This document shows positions 20,342 through 28,853 of a stretch of 64,000 bases of DNA, piece after piece. The notes beneath the pieces were generated by a model. The model did not search any database. It had not been told where the DNA came from and saw only the letters and a list, made by a program, of their open reading frames with translations. Location of the stretch: contig JABBBT010000057.1 of assembly GCA_018607365.1 (NCBI GenBank), positions 29,122 through 93,121 of the forward strand, in the 5' to 3' direction. How positions within the stretch are numbered: position 1 is the stretch's first letter; each line of letters starts with the position of its first letter. A program made the translations under genes and the position numbers. Origin of the DNA: SAR86 cluster bacterium (GTDB taxonomy: Bacteria; Pseudomonadota; Gammaproteobacteria; Magnimaribacterales; D2472).

Positions 20342-21778
20342 ATGATTAAAGTATTTAAATTATCTGCTCTTTTTTTTCTTTGCTTATCTACGCAGGGGCA
20401 AGCATTTGAAAAAAAAGATATAGTTCTTCCTGAGCTTGGAGATAGAGTCTCAGGAGCTGTTTCATCTGATCAAGAAAAGGCAATTGGAAATGAATTTCTT
20501 AAGCAGATATTTGCCCAAGCAAAGACTATTTCTGATCCTTTGATCTATGAGTATACAGAGCTATTAATATATAGACTCTCTGAGTACAGCCAAGTCCAAG
20601 ATAGATATTTTAATATTATTTTAATAGATGATAGTAGCTTGAACGCATTTGCAGCTCCTGGAGGAATAATTGGTGTGAATGGTGGCTTGTTTTTGAATGC
20701 AGATAATGAGGGGCAATTCGCTTCGGTTTTATCTCATGAACTAGCTCATTTGAGCCAAAGGCACTTTGCAAGAAATGTCTTAAAATCTCAGGATTCTAAT
20801 TTAGCCTCTGCGTTATTATTGGTTTCATCAATAGCGGTTGCGATTTTAAGTAGCAACCCTGAAGCAATAGCCGTCGCTCCAGCAATAATGCAGAGTGAGA
20901 GTTTAAGATATAGCAGGTTATTCGAAAGAGAGGCTGACAGGGTAGGTTTTACAAATTTAATAAAGGCTGGTTATAACCCAAATTCTATGGGTGAAATGTT
21001 TGAGAACATGAATGACCTAAGAAGACTTTCAGGTGATATCCCACCTGAATTCTTATTAACTCACCCTCTATCAACTTCTAGGATTAATGATGCGTTTAAC
21101 GCAGCTGAAAACCTATCTGATATAGGTACAAAAAAAGATTCTCTAGAGTACTCTCTAATTAAATCTAGATTAAAAATCTATTATGAAAAAATACCAGCCA
21201 ATGCATTGAGATTTTTTACTTCTCTTCATAATGAAAACCCCTCTGATGCAAACCTATACGGGCTTTCTTTGGCTAATAAAAATTCTGGAAACTTTGAACA
21301 AAGCATTCAACAAATTAATATTCTAGCAAGAAAGTATCCAAAAAATTTATTTATAAATACAACAAAGGTTGAAATTTTAAAAGATGCAAAAAGATATGAT
21401 GATGCCCTACTTCTAGCAAATAAATTTTTAGAAATATCACCAAAAAATTTTCCACTATCAGTAACAAAATCAAAACTTCTTTTAGAAATGGGTGAATACT
21501 TTAATTCTGAAGAAATTATTCGAGATCAAATTTTAAGAAGAAACTCCAACCCAGATTTATGGTTATTGCTGTCAGAAATCCAAAGAGCAAGTAAAAATAT
21601 TATTGGTTATCATCAAAGTAGAGCTGAATATCTTCTTTTGCTTGGAAGAGATGAAGAGGCTTTGAATCAACTAGAATTTGCATTGAAGCTTACTAAAAAT
21701 AATTTTCAAATTTCAGAAAGCATACTGACAAAAATAGTTTTAATTAAAGAAAATATTAACGCTTCTAGAAATCTTTAA
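20342..21778 (+). CDS. bepA: periplasmic M48 metalloprotease with TPR domain (BepA/YfgC-like)
   Basis: Signal peptide, HELAH zinc motif with a downstream E in EREADRVG, and a C-terminal TPR-like region. Confidence 0.8.
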   Translation: MIKVFKLSALFFLCLSTQGQAFEKKDIVLPELGDRVSGAVSSDQEKAIGNEFLKQIFAQAKTISDPLIYEYTELLIYRLSEYSQVQDRYFNIILIDDSSLNAFAAPGGIIGVNGGLFLNADNEGQFASVLSHELAHLSQRHFARNVLKSQDSNLASALLLVSSIAVAILSSNPEAIAVAPAIMQSESLRYSRLFEREADRVGFTNLIKAGYNPNSMGEMFENMNDLRRLSGDIPPEFLLTHPLSTSRINDAFNAAENLSDIGTKKDSLEYSLIKSRLKIYYEKIPANALRFFTSLHNENPSDANLYGLSLANKNSGNFEQSIQQINILARKYPKNLFINTTKVEILKDAKRYDDALLLANKFLEISPKNFPLSVTKSKLLLEMGEYFNSEEIIRDQILRRNSNPDLWLLLSEIQRASKNIIGYHQSRAEYLLLLGRDEEALNQLEFALKLTKNNFQISESILTKIVLIKENINASRNL

Positions 21779-23030
21779 GTCTTTTGTTGTTAGCAATCTT
21801 TAAGCCTGCTAATGAAAGTATTCCTGCCATAGGAATTGCAATCAATGGCATTGCGCTAAAGCTAATACTTGCTAGCTTGCCCAGTCCAATAAAACTACTT
21901 CCAGATAGATCACCAAATCTTGTAACAAAAGTGTCAATAAAGACTGATGACTTATATCTATCATTTTTTGCTAAGGTGCTATAAACAGTTTCGCGAGTTG
22001 GTTTGTTGAGCCCATATTCAAAGAGCCTTAAAGTTACTGTTGCAACCGCAACAATTGTTATTGATGGCATGAAGCCATAAAGCATAAAAACAACTATAAA
22101 AAGAAAACCATAAGCCATTAATATTTTTTTAATTCCAAAATACTTAATAGATAAATTAGTTAAAAATAGCTGCATTATTAATGTGAGGGGTGTGACTATT
22201 TGTTCTAACAAACTAAAAAATACAATCCTTTCCTCTGGATTTTGCGACCACCCATCTATTATGGTTATAGCAGTCATCCAATGGACAGTCATTAGCCCAG
22301 TCCATATCCAAACATATATAGCTATAGATCGTATTTCAGATACTTGAATGACATTTTTTATGCCATCTAATCCGCTACCACCCACTTTTTCATTACGTTG
22401 ATTTACGACTGCTTTACTGGTCAAGTACCTTCCAGTCATCATTGCTAAAAAAAGTAAAATAGTTGCTGATAAGCAGAAAAGTTCTAACCCAAACTCATCA
22501 AATGAAGAAGCAAACCTTTTAGATATTTCAGAACCAAAAAGAGCACCCAGCGATCCTCCTGCCATGATCACACCATAAAAGCTTCTCGATTTGGCATCTC
22601 TATATATATTAATTATAAGAACCCAAAAAATTGAAACAACAAAGAAAGAATATATGTTGCACCAAATATAAAAAACTCTTCCAAGCCAAACAGAGTCTCC
22701 TAAATCAAGGACTCTCCATGAAAAAAGAAAGATTAATAGATTGGAAATTAAAAAAGAGTAGCAGTAGGTTATTATTTTTTTTAGGTTAGATTTTGATGCA
22801 ACCCACGCATAAATAGGATTAACTAACAACATAGCCAATGCGCCGAATGCTAAAAGTAAGGGTAATTCATTAACATTAGCAACCGCCATCTCATTTCGAA
22901 CGGGTCTAAGAATATACCATGAAGATAAAACTAGAAAAAATAGAAAACTTGCAAGCAAAGAATCTCTAGTAAAAACAGATAGAGATCTAGTAATTATGTT
23001 GTTTGTATTTTTCATAGATTGATTATGCAC
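21765..23030 (-). CDS. polytopic membrane transporter, MFS-like with resemblance to the ATP:ADP antiporter (TLC/AAA) family
   Basis: 421 aa with about 11-12 TM helices. N-terminal YILRPVRNEMAV and FWVLIINIYRDAKSRSFYGVIMAGGSLGALFG resemble the TLC-family patterns (ILRDxKDxLV; FWxFANxI...AKRFY...G.G..LG) as I remember them. Substrate unknown. Confidence 0.45.
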   Translation of the reverse strand: MHNQSMKNTNNIITRSLSVFTRDSLLASFLFFLVLSSWYILRPVRNEMAVANVNELPLLLAFGALAMLLVNPIYAWVASKSNLKKIITYCYSFLISNLLIFLFSWRVLDLGDSVWLGRVFYIWCNIYSFFVVSIFWVLIINIYRDAKSRSFYGVIMAGGSLGALFGSEISKRFASSFDEFGLELFCLSATILLFLAMMTGRYLTSKAVVNQRNEKVGGSGLDGIKNVIQVSEIRSIAIYVWIWTGLMTVHWMTAITIIDGWSQNPEERIVFFSLLEQIVTPLTLIMQLFLTNLSIKYFGIKKILMAYGFLFIVVFMLYGFMPSITIVAVATVTLRLFEYGLNKPTRETVYSTLAKNDRYKSSVFIDTFVTRFGDLSGSSFIGLGKLASISFSAMPLIAIPMAGILSLAGLKIANNKRLKDF

Positions 23031-23036
23031 TAAGAG

Positions 23037-23112
23037 TGGTGGGTCGCACAGGATTCGAACCTGTGACCAATTGGTTAAAAGCCAACTGCTCTACCAGCTG
23101 AGCTAGCGACCC
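23037..23112 (-). tRNA. tRNA-Lys (anticodon UUU), CCA encoded
   Basis: The reverse complement GGGTCGCTAGCTCAGCTGGTAGAGCAGTTGGCTTTTAACCAATTGGTCACAGGTTCGAATCCTGTGCGACCCACCA folds as a cloverleaf with anticodon loop CUUUUAA. It is near-identical to E. coli tRNA-Lys and sits next to cpoB, like the E. coli lysT cluster. Confidence 0.95.
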
Positions 23113-23139
23113 ACGGTTATACATAATAAAAAGGTGTGA

Positions 23140-23790
23140 TTATTCCATATTTTTCAATAACTGCAAGGCCAAAGATGATGCAGTGTCTTTTGGGTATTCT
23201 CTGACAACAAAATTATATTTCTCTTGAGCTCTAATTGGCTCATTTTTTTTCATGTAAATGTCCCCTATTTTCTTATGTGCCAAAGGAACTCTGTAATGAG
23301 ATGGGTAGGATAAAATGAGTTCCATAAAGTAATCATTAGAAGCGTCTAGATTATTTTTAATTATAGAGATTTCTCCTAGCCAAAAATATGAGATAGCGTT
23401 TTTTTCATTGTCATTAAAATTTTCTATGAAATAAGTAAATAAGTTAAAAGCTGTATCTAGGTCTTGGGCCTCAAGAGCGCTGACGGCTCCCTGAAAAACA
23501 TCTTCTTTACTCTTTATGTCTTCCATGCCCTTAAACCTTAAATCACCAGATATTGATAACTTATTAGGCTGGCTTGCCTCTTCATCTGTTACTGATTCAG
23601 CTATAAGCTTTTTGATAAGATGGTTTTGTGACTCGACTTTATTTCTTAAATCAGCGATTTCGACTTCAAGCTCTTGAATTTTAAGAAATAAAATATCTGC
23701 CTGCAATGTTTCATTATCATCAGCATTGGCTGAAGAAGTAGAAAATATTACTGTGAGAAATAATAAAGATGTAAAAGAAAACTCTTTCAT
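23140..23790 (-). CDS. cpoB: cell division coordinator CpoB (YbgF)
   Basis: Signal peptide, N-terminal coiled coil, C-terminal TPR; last gene of the tol-pal cluster. Confidence 0.8.
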   Translation of the reverse strand: MKEFSFTSLLFLTVIFSTSSANADDNETLQADILFLKIQELEVEIADLRNKVESQNHLIKKLIAESVTDEEASQPNKLSISGDLRFKGMEDIKSKEDVFQGAVSALEAQDLDTAFNLFTYFIENFNDNEKNAISYFWLGEISIIKNNLDASNDYFMELILSYPSHYRVPLAHKKIGDIYMKKNEPIRAQEKYNFVVREYPKDTASSLALQLLKNME

Positions 23791-23792
23791 CT

Positions 23793-24296
23793 TTAGTTGA
23801 TTTCAACTCTCCTATTTTTTGAATAGCTTATTTCGTCATTACCTGAAGCAACGGGTCTCTCCTCTCCATAACTTTTAACAGAAACTTTTGAAGAATTAAT
23901 CCCATTTAAAATGAAGTAGTCTTTAACTGATTCTGCTCTCCTTTGACCAAGAGCAAGATTGTATTCTCTTGTACCTCTCTCATCTGCATGCCCTGCTAGG
24001 GTTATTTTAATATTTTCATTTTGATTCATAACTGAAACAACACTTTTTAAAGTTTGAATTGATTTGGATGTTAAGTTATAGCTGTCAAATTCAAAGAATA
24101 CGGTTGCATTAGCAAAAATTGCTTTTGTCTCATAATCCAGTTCACTAACCTCAGCTACTGATGCCTCAACTGTTTTAATCCCACCTTCATAGACTCTTTC
24201 TTCAGTTACATTCATGCTTGAACATGATGATAGAATCATCATAAATGAGAAGCAGAATAAAAAATTTTGAGCTTTATTGTTATTGATTGATGGCAT
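23793..24296 (-). CDS. pal: peptidoglycan-associated lipoprotein Pal
   Basis: Lipobox LSSCSS and an OmpA-like C-terminal domain (GHADERGTREYNLALGQRRA...NRRVEI). Confidence 0.93.
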   Translation of the reverse strand: MPSINNNKAQNFLFCFSFMMILSSCSSMNVTEERVYEGGIKTVEASVAEVSELDYETKAIFANATVFFEFDSYNLTSKSIQTLKSVVSVMNQNENIKITLAGHADERGTREYNLALGQRRAESVKDYFILNGINSSKVSVKSYGEERPVASGNDEISYSKNRRVEIN

Positions 24297-24314
24297 AAAA
24301 AAATCTCCTATTTG

Positions 24315-25589
24315 TTATCTTAAAAAACCAGACCATGCGGGCTCTCTAACTTCACCTTTTTTTGCAGGAAGTCTAAACTTTGCACCGCTAAGTGTAAGGC
24401 CTGAGAGCAAACTTTCACCATTTTCTGTTACTGCATAGATTATCACATTCCCGTTAGGAGAAATACTAGGGGACTCATCTAATTTAGATTCTGTTAATGG
24501 TCTTATAAAATTTTCATTAAAGTACTTTAGCGCTATCTTAAAGTCATTGTCAGCCCTATGAACAAATATAATTCCATCACCATTTTTTAGATAAGATCCT
24601 TTTGCATTGTAGTTTCCTTCAAAAGTTATTCGCTCGGGATTAGAATTATATTTTCTTAGCTTAATTTCATATAGCTGAGGAGAGCCTGACCTTCCTGAAG
24701 TAAACATAATACGGGAACCATCAGATGACCAGGATGATTCAGTATCTATAGCGTAATGATTCGTCAATCTTGTAAGGTTATTATTTTTTAAGTTAAGAAT
24801 ATATATTTCTGCATTTCCATCTTGGTACATTGTCATAGAAAGAAAATTTCCATTTGGAGACCATGATGGAGAGCTTATTTGTTTAGTATTTTCTATAGCA
24901 ACCCTTCTTTTTCCCGTTGCTATATCTTGTATGTAAACTTTTGCAATCCCAGTCTCAAATGAAACATAGGCAACTTGTTTTGAGTCCGGAGACCAAGCAG
25001 GTGAAATAATAGGCTCGTAACTTTTTAATAACACTTGCTCGTTTGCTCCATCAGCATCAGCAACTATCAGCTCATATAAAGATTTCTTCTCTTCTGCTAT
25101 CTCAGTAATATATAAAATTTTTGTTGACGCCACCCCTTTTATTCCAGTGATTTCTTCATATATTCCATCACTTATATAATGAGATAACTGTTTAATTTTA
25201 TTTGGTATGCCGAAAACCTTCGATGTTCTTATTTTTTTCTTGCTGACTACATTATAAATTTCATAAGATGCAGATAAATTGAATTTATCTTCAGATTCCA
25301 AAACTCCCATAACAATATAATTAATACCCAGTAACCTAAATTCGTTAAAGTTTATATCTTCTTCATTACTAGGGGAGGACAAAAGCTTTTCGTCTTTTAT
25401 AATTTTGAATTCTCCTGTTCTTTTTAAATCATTATTAATAATGGCATCTACTTCGTCTGTTAGAGCTTTTTTTCCATCGAAACTTAACAAAGCAATAACA
25501 AATGGATCATCAGAACCTTTTGTGATTTCTAAAACAAGTTCTGCAAAAATGAATTGAGGTATTAAAAATAATATAAATATCTTTTTCAT
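24315..25589 (-). CDS. tolB: Tol-Pal system beta-propeller protein TolB
   Basis: 424 aa; signal peptide and repeated SPxWSPDG-type propeller blades. Confidence 0.93.
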   Translation of the reverse strand: MKKIFILFLIPQFIFAELVLEITKGSDDPFVIALLSFDGKKALTDEVDAIINNDLKRTGEFKIIKDEKLLSSPSNEEDINFNEFRLLGINYIVMGVLESEDKFNLSASYEIYNVVSKKKIRTSKVFGIPNKIKQLSHYISDGIYEEITGIKGVASTKILYITEIAEEKKSLYELIVADADGANEQVLLKSYEPIISPAWSPDSKQVAYVSFETGIAKVYIQDIATGKRRVAIENTKQISSPSWSPNGNFLSMTMYQDGNAEIYILNLKNNNLTRLTNHYAIDTESSWSSDGSRIMFTSGRSGSPQLYEIKLRKYNSNPERITFEGNYNAKGSYLKNGDGIIFVHRADNDFKIALKYFNENFIRPLTESKLDESPSISPNGNVIIYAVTENGESLLSGLTLSGAKFRLPAKKGEVREPAWSGFLR

Positions 25590-26203
25590 GATGGGTTAAA
25601 AGTAATTACCATTTTTTTAAAATTATTTGTATACAAGTTACTGGAGATTTTATTATAAAAATTAAAAGACTCAACTCTATAAACTGCTTTCAGTGCTGAA
25701 TTATCAAAACGAATATTGCCACTGCTTCTTATCAGATCAACACTCGTTATCCTTCCATTTCTATTTATTGATAGCCTTAAATCGCATATCAGCCCATCTT
25801 GAATATTTTTTGGTTTAAGCCAAGCTGACTCAATTAAATTAATAATCTTTTTACTAAATTCATTAATTTCATTTTCTTCGCTTGATAAGATTTGGGCTTT
25901 ATCAATATCTATTAACTCATTTAAGTTTAATAGCATTTCATTAGAAGAGCCGGTATTCACAATCTCTTCATAGATTGTTTTATTGTTAACTGGCTTTTCT
26001 TTAACCAATATTTTTTTTGGTTTCGATGGTGTTTTTAACTTAGCAATGTCTTCTTTAAATACCAAACTTACATCCACTGCTTTGCTAAGAACTGGTCTTG
26101 ATTGCTTATCAGAATAAAAAAAATCCATAAGAAATAAGATAATCATTGCGTGGATTAAAAATGAAAAGAACGATGCAATTAAATAGTCTGATTTAATTTC
26201 CAT
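25586..26203 (-). CDS. tolA: TolA (strongly shortened)
   Basis: N-terminal anchor helix with Ser..His (SFLIH) as in the TolA/TonB SHLS motif, a short linker, and a TonB/TolA-like C-terminal domain. I prefer ATG 26203 over the track's TTG 26224. Positioned between tolR and tolB. Confidence 0.75.
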   Translation of the reverse strand: MEIKSDYLIASFFSFLIHAMIILFLMDFFYSDKQSRPVLSKAVDVSLVFKEDIAKLKTPSKPKKILVKEKPVNNKTIYEEIVNTGSSNEMLLNLNELIDIDKAQILSSEENEINEFSKKIINLIESAWLKPKNIQDGLICDLRLSINRNGRITSVDLIRSSGNIRFDNSALKAVYRVESFNFYNKISSNLYTNNFKKMVITFNPS

Positions 26204-26615
26204 AGCCTGTGGTGACGATTCCAATCTTTGATATTCCTACACTTTGAACGGCTGCCATAGCCTTTGCCACACTGTCAAAGGTTACATCTTTGTCGCTTTG
26301 AAATACTACTTCTATTTCAGGGTTAGCATCATAAATAATTGCAGATTTTCTTTTAAGCTCGTCAATGCTAATTGGTAGAACCTCTTCTCCAATATTCAAA
26401 TAGAATTTGCCCATTTCATCTATTGAGATAACAAGCGGTTCATTTTGAACAGTCATTTTTGTAGTATCTGTTTTAGGTAGATTTACTTCGATGCCTTGGA
26501 TAAGTAAGGGGGAAAGAACCATGAAAATAATCAATAAAACCAACATCACATCGATATATGGAACTACATTTATTTCTGCCTTGAGAGTTTTTTTCTTTGC
26601 TAGCCTATAGATCAT
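26193..26615 (-). CDS. tolR: Tol-Pal system protein TolR (ExbD family)
   Basis: 140 aa; INVVPYIDVMLVLLIIFMV TM segment with the conserved Asp. Confidence 0.9.
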   Translation of the reverse strand: MIYRLAKKKTLKAEINVVPYIDVMLVLLIIFMVLSPLLIQGIEVNLPKTDTTKMTVQNEPLVISIDEMGKFYLNIGEEVLPISIDELKRKSAIIYDANPEIEVVFQSDKDVTFDSVAKAMAAVQSVGISKIGIVTTGYGN

Positions 26616-27286
26616 TTATTTTTTATAGATTGCTTATAAAAAATGCTTGCTAGCTCTTCAGAGAAAATCAAAGTCGATTGACTCATAGTCTCAAGCTCTG
26701 AAGTATATTTATTAAATGCGATTACAGCAGGTATAGCTGCAAACAATCCCATTGCTGTTGCTACAAGTGCCTCAGATATCCCTGGAGCCACTGCATTAAT
26801 GGTGGCTTGAGTTGCGTCAGATAAGCCTTGGAATGAGGTCATAATCCCCCACACTGTACCTAAAAGACCTACATAAGGACTTACAGAACCTACATTGGCA
26901 AGAAAAGGAAGATGTTTATTCATTTCTTCCTCATCAGCAGCTATGGCAACTCTCATGCATCTATTAATTCCCTCTAAATCTAATTCAGTTATTACCTCTT
27001 GGGGGTTTAATTGTTTAAACTCTTTAAATGCGCTTTGGAATACACTTAAAGAGCCATAAAGTGGTATATTTTCTAATTCTATCTCATCATACAAGACGTT
27101 CAGATCTTCTCCGCTCCAAAATCTTTTATGAAAACTTGTATTTATATCTTTAATTTTTTTATAAAAGTTATATCTCTCAACTACAACTATCCAAGTTAGA
27201 ACTGATGCAAGTAATAGAAGCAACATAACAGTTTTAACAACCATTCCAGCTTCTAAGAAAAGATTTAATACAGAAATATCATTCAT
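26612..27286 (-). CDS. tolQ: Tol-Pal system protein TolQ (MotA/ExbB family)
   Basis: 224 aa with three TM helices and conserved C-terminal TM pair region (APGISEALVATAMGLFAAIPAVIAFN). Confidence 0.93.
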   Translation of the reverse strand: MNDISVLNLFLEAGMVVKTVMLLLLLASVLTWIVVVERYNFYKKIKDINTSFHKRFWSGEDLNVLYDEIELENIPLYGSLSVFQSAFKEFKQLNPQEVITELDLEGINRCMRVAIAADEEEMNKHLPFLANVGSVSPYVGLLGTVWGIMTSFQGLSDATQATINAVAPGISEALVATAMGLFAAIPAVIAFNKYTSELETMSQSTLIFSEELASIFYKQSIKNK

Positions 27287-27707
27287 TTAATTTATCCTCA
27301 TCAAGTATTAATAATAAATTATCAGGTAAGCGTCTAGGTTTTTTTGATTCAATATCAATTAAGCAAACCTCAACCATGCCGCTACATAGTTTTTTATTAT
27401 CATTACGATTAACTATATCTTGTTTAAAAATCATACGGGCATTAGATTTTTTTTCAATTAAAGATTCTACAATCAATTCATCTCCTAATCTTCCTGGGAA
27501 AAGAAAATCTATTTCAATTCTTTTTACAACAAACGCAAGATTATTTATTCGTAATTCTTTTTGAGATATTTTGTTATCTTGAAGGAATTCAGAACGAGCT
27601 CTTTCAAAGAATTTAATGTAATTTGCATGATATACAAAACCCTGGAAGTCTGTATCTTCAACATATACCTTTAAATTTAGATCCCTAGGCTTGAAAATTT
27701 TTTTCAT
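27279..27707 (-). CDS. ybgC: tol-pal-associated acyl-CoA thioesterase (4HBT fold)
   Basis: VYVEDTDFQGFVYHANY motif, immediately upstream of tolQ. Confidence 0.88.
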   Translation of the reverse strand: MKKIFKPRDLNLKVYVEDTDFQGFVYHANYIKFFERARSEFLQDNKISQKELRINNLAFVVKRIEIDFLFPGRLGDELIVESLIEKKSNARMIFKQDIVNRNDNKKLCSGMVEVCLIDIESKKPRRLPDNLLLILDEDKLNE

Positions 27708-28110
27708 GAAGCTCGATATCTTTTTGAAATAATTCTAGTAATACTTGAATGAAATCTGGCCATAGTAAGTCCACTGTTACTAAAGTATTTTTGATATCTT
27801 TATTTATTGTACACGCCAAGATTCTAACTTTAATCGGTCTATTGTTAAATTTATAAACAAGTGCCGGCTTTAAATCAGCGCCTTTAGATGACGCTAAAAC
27901 TTGCTCCCACCAATCAGGCCTTGGCTCGGCACCTGACCCGTATGCCTTGCATTCAATACACCAATTTCCAAGCATAAGATCTGGAAGCTCTTTAGTTCTT
28001 GTCTGTTCTAGTATTCTCTTGACTGGATTGGTTAAATTTAAATCATTAATTAAGGCATTAGCTATTTGTCTCTCAAAAGTTGCGCCTTTATTTCTTGAAT
28101 TTATTGACAA
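27685..28110 (-). CDS. PD-(D/E)XK nuclease, Hjc-like putative Holliday junction resolvase
   Basis: 141 aa with an ordered catalytic set: NKGATFER (E13), LPD (D44), IECK (E53, K55), then G..PALVYKF resembling archaeal Hjc GGIPVLAVKF. The TTG start lies 3 nt after the yebC stop with a weak AAGAG SD, and the gene overlaps ybgC by 23 nt. It occupies the usual ruvCAB position. Confidence 0.6.
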   Translation of the reverse strand: MSINSRNKGATFERQIANALINDLNLTNPVKRILEQTRTKELPDLMLGNWCIECKAYGSGAEPRPDWWEQVLASSKGADLKPALVYKFNNRPIKVRILACTINKDIKNTLVTVDLLWPDFIQVLLELFQKDIELHEKNFQA

Positions 28111-28113
28111 TTT

Positions 28114-28851
28114 TTACTCTTTTAATTCAAAGTTATCTGGAAATTCTGCGTTGGTATGGACCTCTTGCACATCATCAAGCTCATCCATAAAATCCATTAT
28201 TTTAAGAACTTTTTCAGACATTTCTTGGTCAATTGCTACAGAGGTCTCTGCTCTTAGGGTAAGCTCAGCATTGATATTTTCTATGCTATTAGATTTTAAT
28301 GATTCAAGCACATTACTTAAATTGCTACTTGATGAAATAATTTCAAAGTATTCGCCCTCATCGACCAAATCATCTGCTCCTGACTCTAACACAATATCCA
28401 TTAACTCTTCTTCAGAAGTGACTTTTGAAATATGGATAATACCAATTTTATTAAACAAATAAGATACAGAGCCATCGGTTCCTAAATTTCCTCCAAACTT
28501 TGAAAAAGCATGTCGAACATCAGAAACTGTTCTATTTCTGTTATCAGTCATTGTTTCAACTAATATTGCAACACCGCCGGGACCATACCCTTCAAATATT
28601 ATTTCTTCCAAAGCACCAGTCTCTCCAGTACCAGAACCTTTTTCAATTGCTCTTTTTATATTATCTTTAGGCATATTTGCTGCATTTGCTTTGTCTAAGG
28701 CCAAACGCAATCTAGGATTGTCATCAGGATCAGGACCACCTTTTGCTGCAACAGTTATTTCTCTTATGACCTTAGTCCATACTTTTCCACGTGATGCATC
28801 TTGTCTAGCTTTTCTATGTTTAATATTTGCCCATTTGGAATGTCCTGCCAT
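28114..28851 (-). CDS. yebC: YebC/PmpR family transcriptional/translational regulator
   Basis: MAGHSKWANIKHRKARQD N-terminus, 245 aa. Confidence 0.93.
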   Translation of the reverse strand: MAGHSKWANIKHRKARQDASRGKVWTKVIREITVAAKGGPDPDDNPRLRLALDKANAANMPKDNIKRAIEKGSGTGETGALEEIIFEGYGPGGVAILVETMTDNRNRTVSDVRHAFSKFGGNLGTDGSVSYLFNKIGIIHISKVTSEEELMDIVLESGADDLVDEGEYFEIISSSSNLSNVLESLKSNSIENINAELTLRAETSVAIDQEMSEKVLKIMDFMDELDDVQEVHTNAEFPDNFELKE

Positions 28852-28853
28852 AT

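Noticed and set aside
23031-23139. tRNA-Lys as a possible integration hotspot for a genomic island.
   Set aside because: There is no integrase, no direct repeat of the tRNA 3' end and no foreign-looking genes on either side. A tRNA-Lys next to cpoB is conserved synteny (the E. coli lysT cluster follows cpoB).
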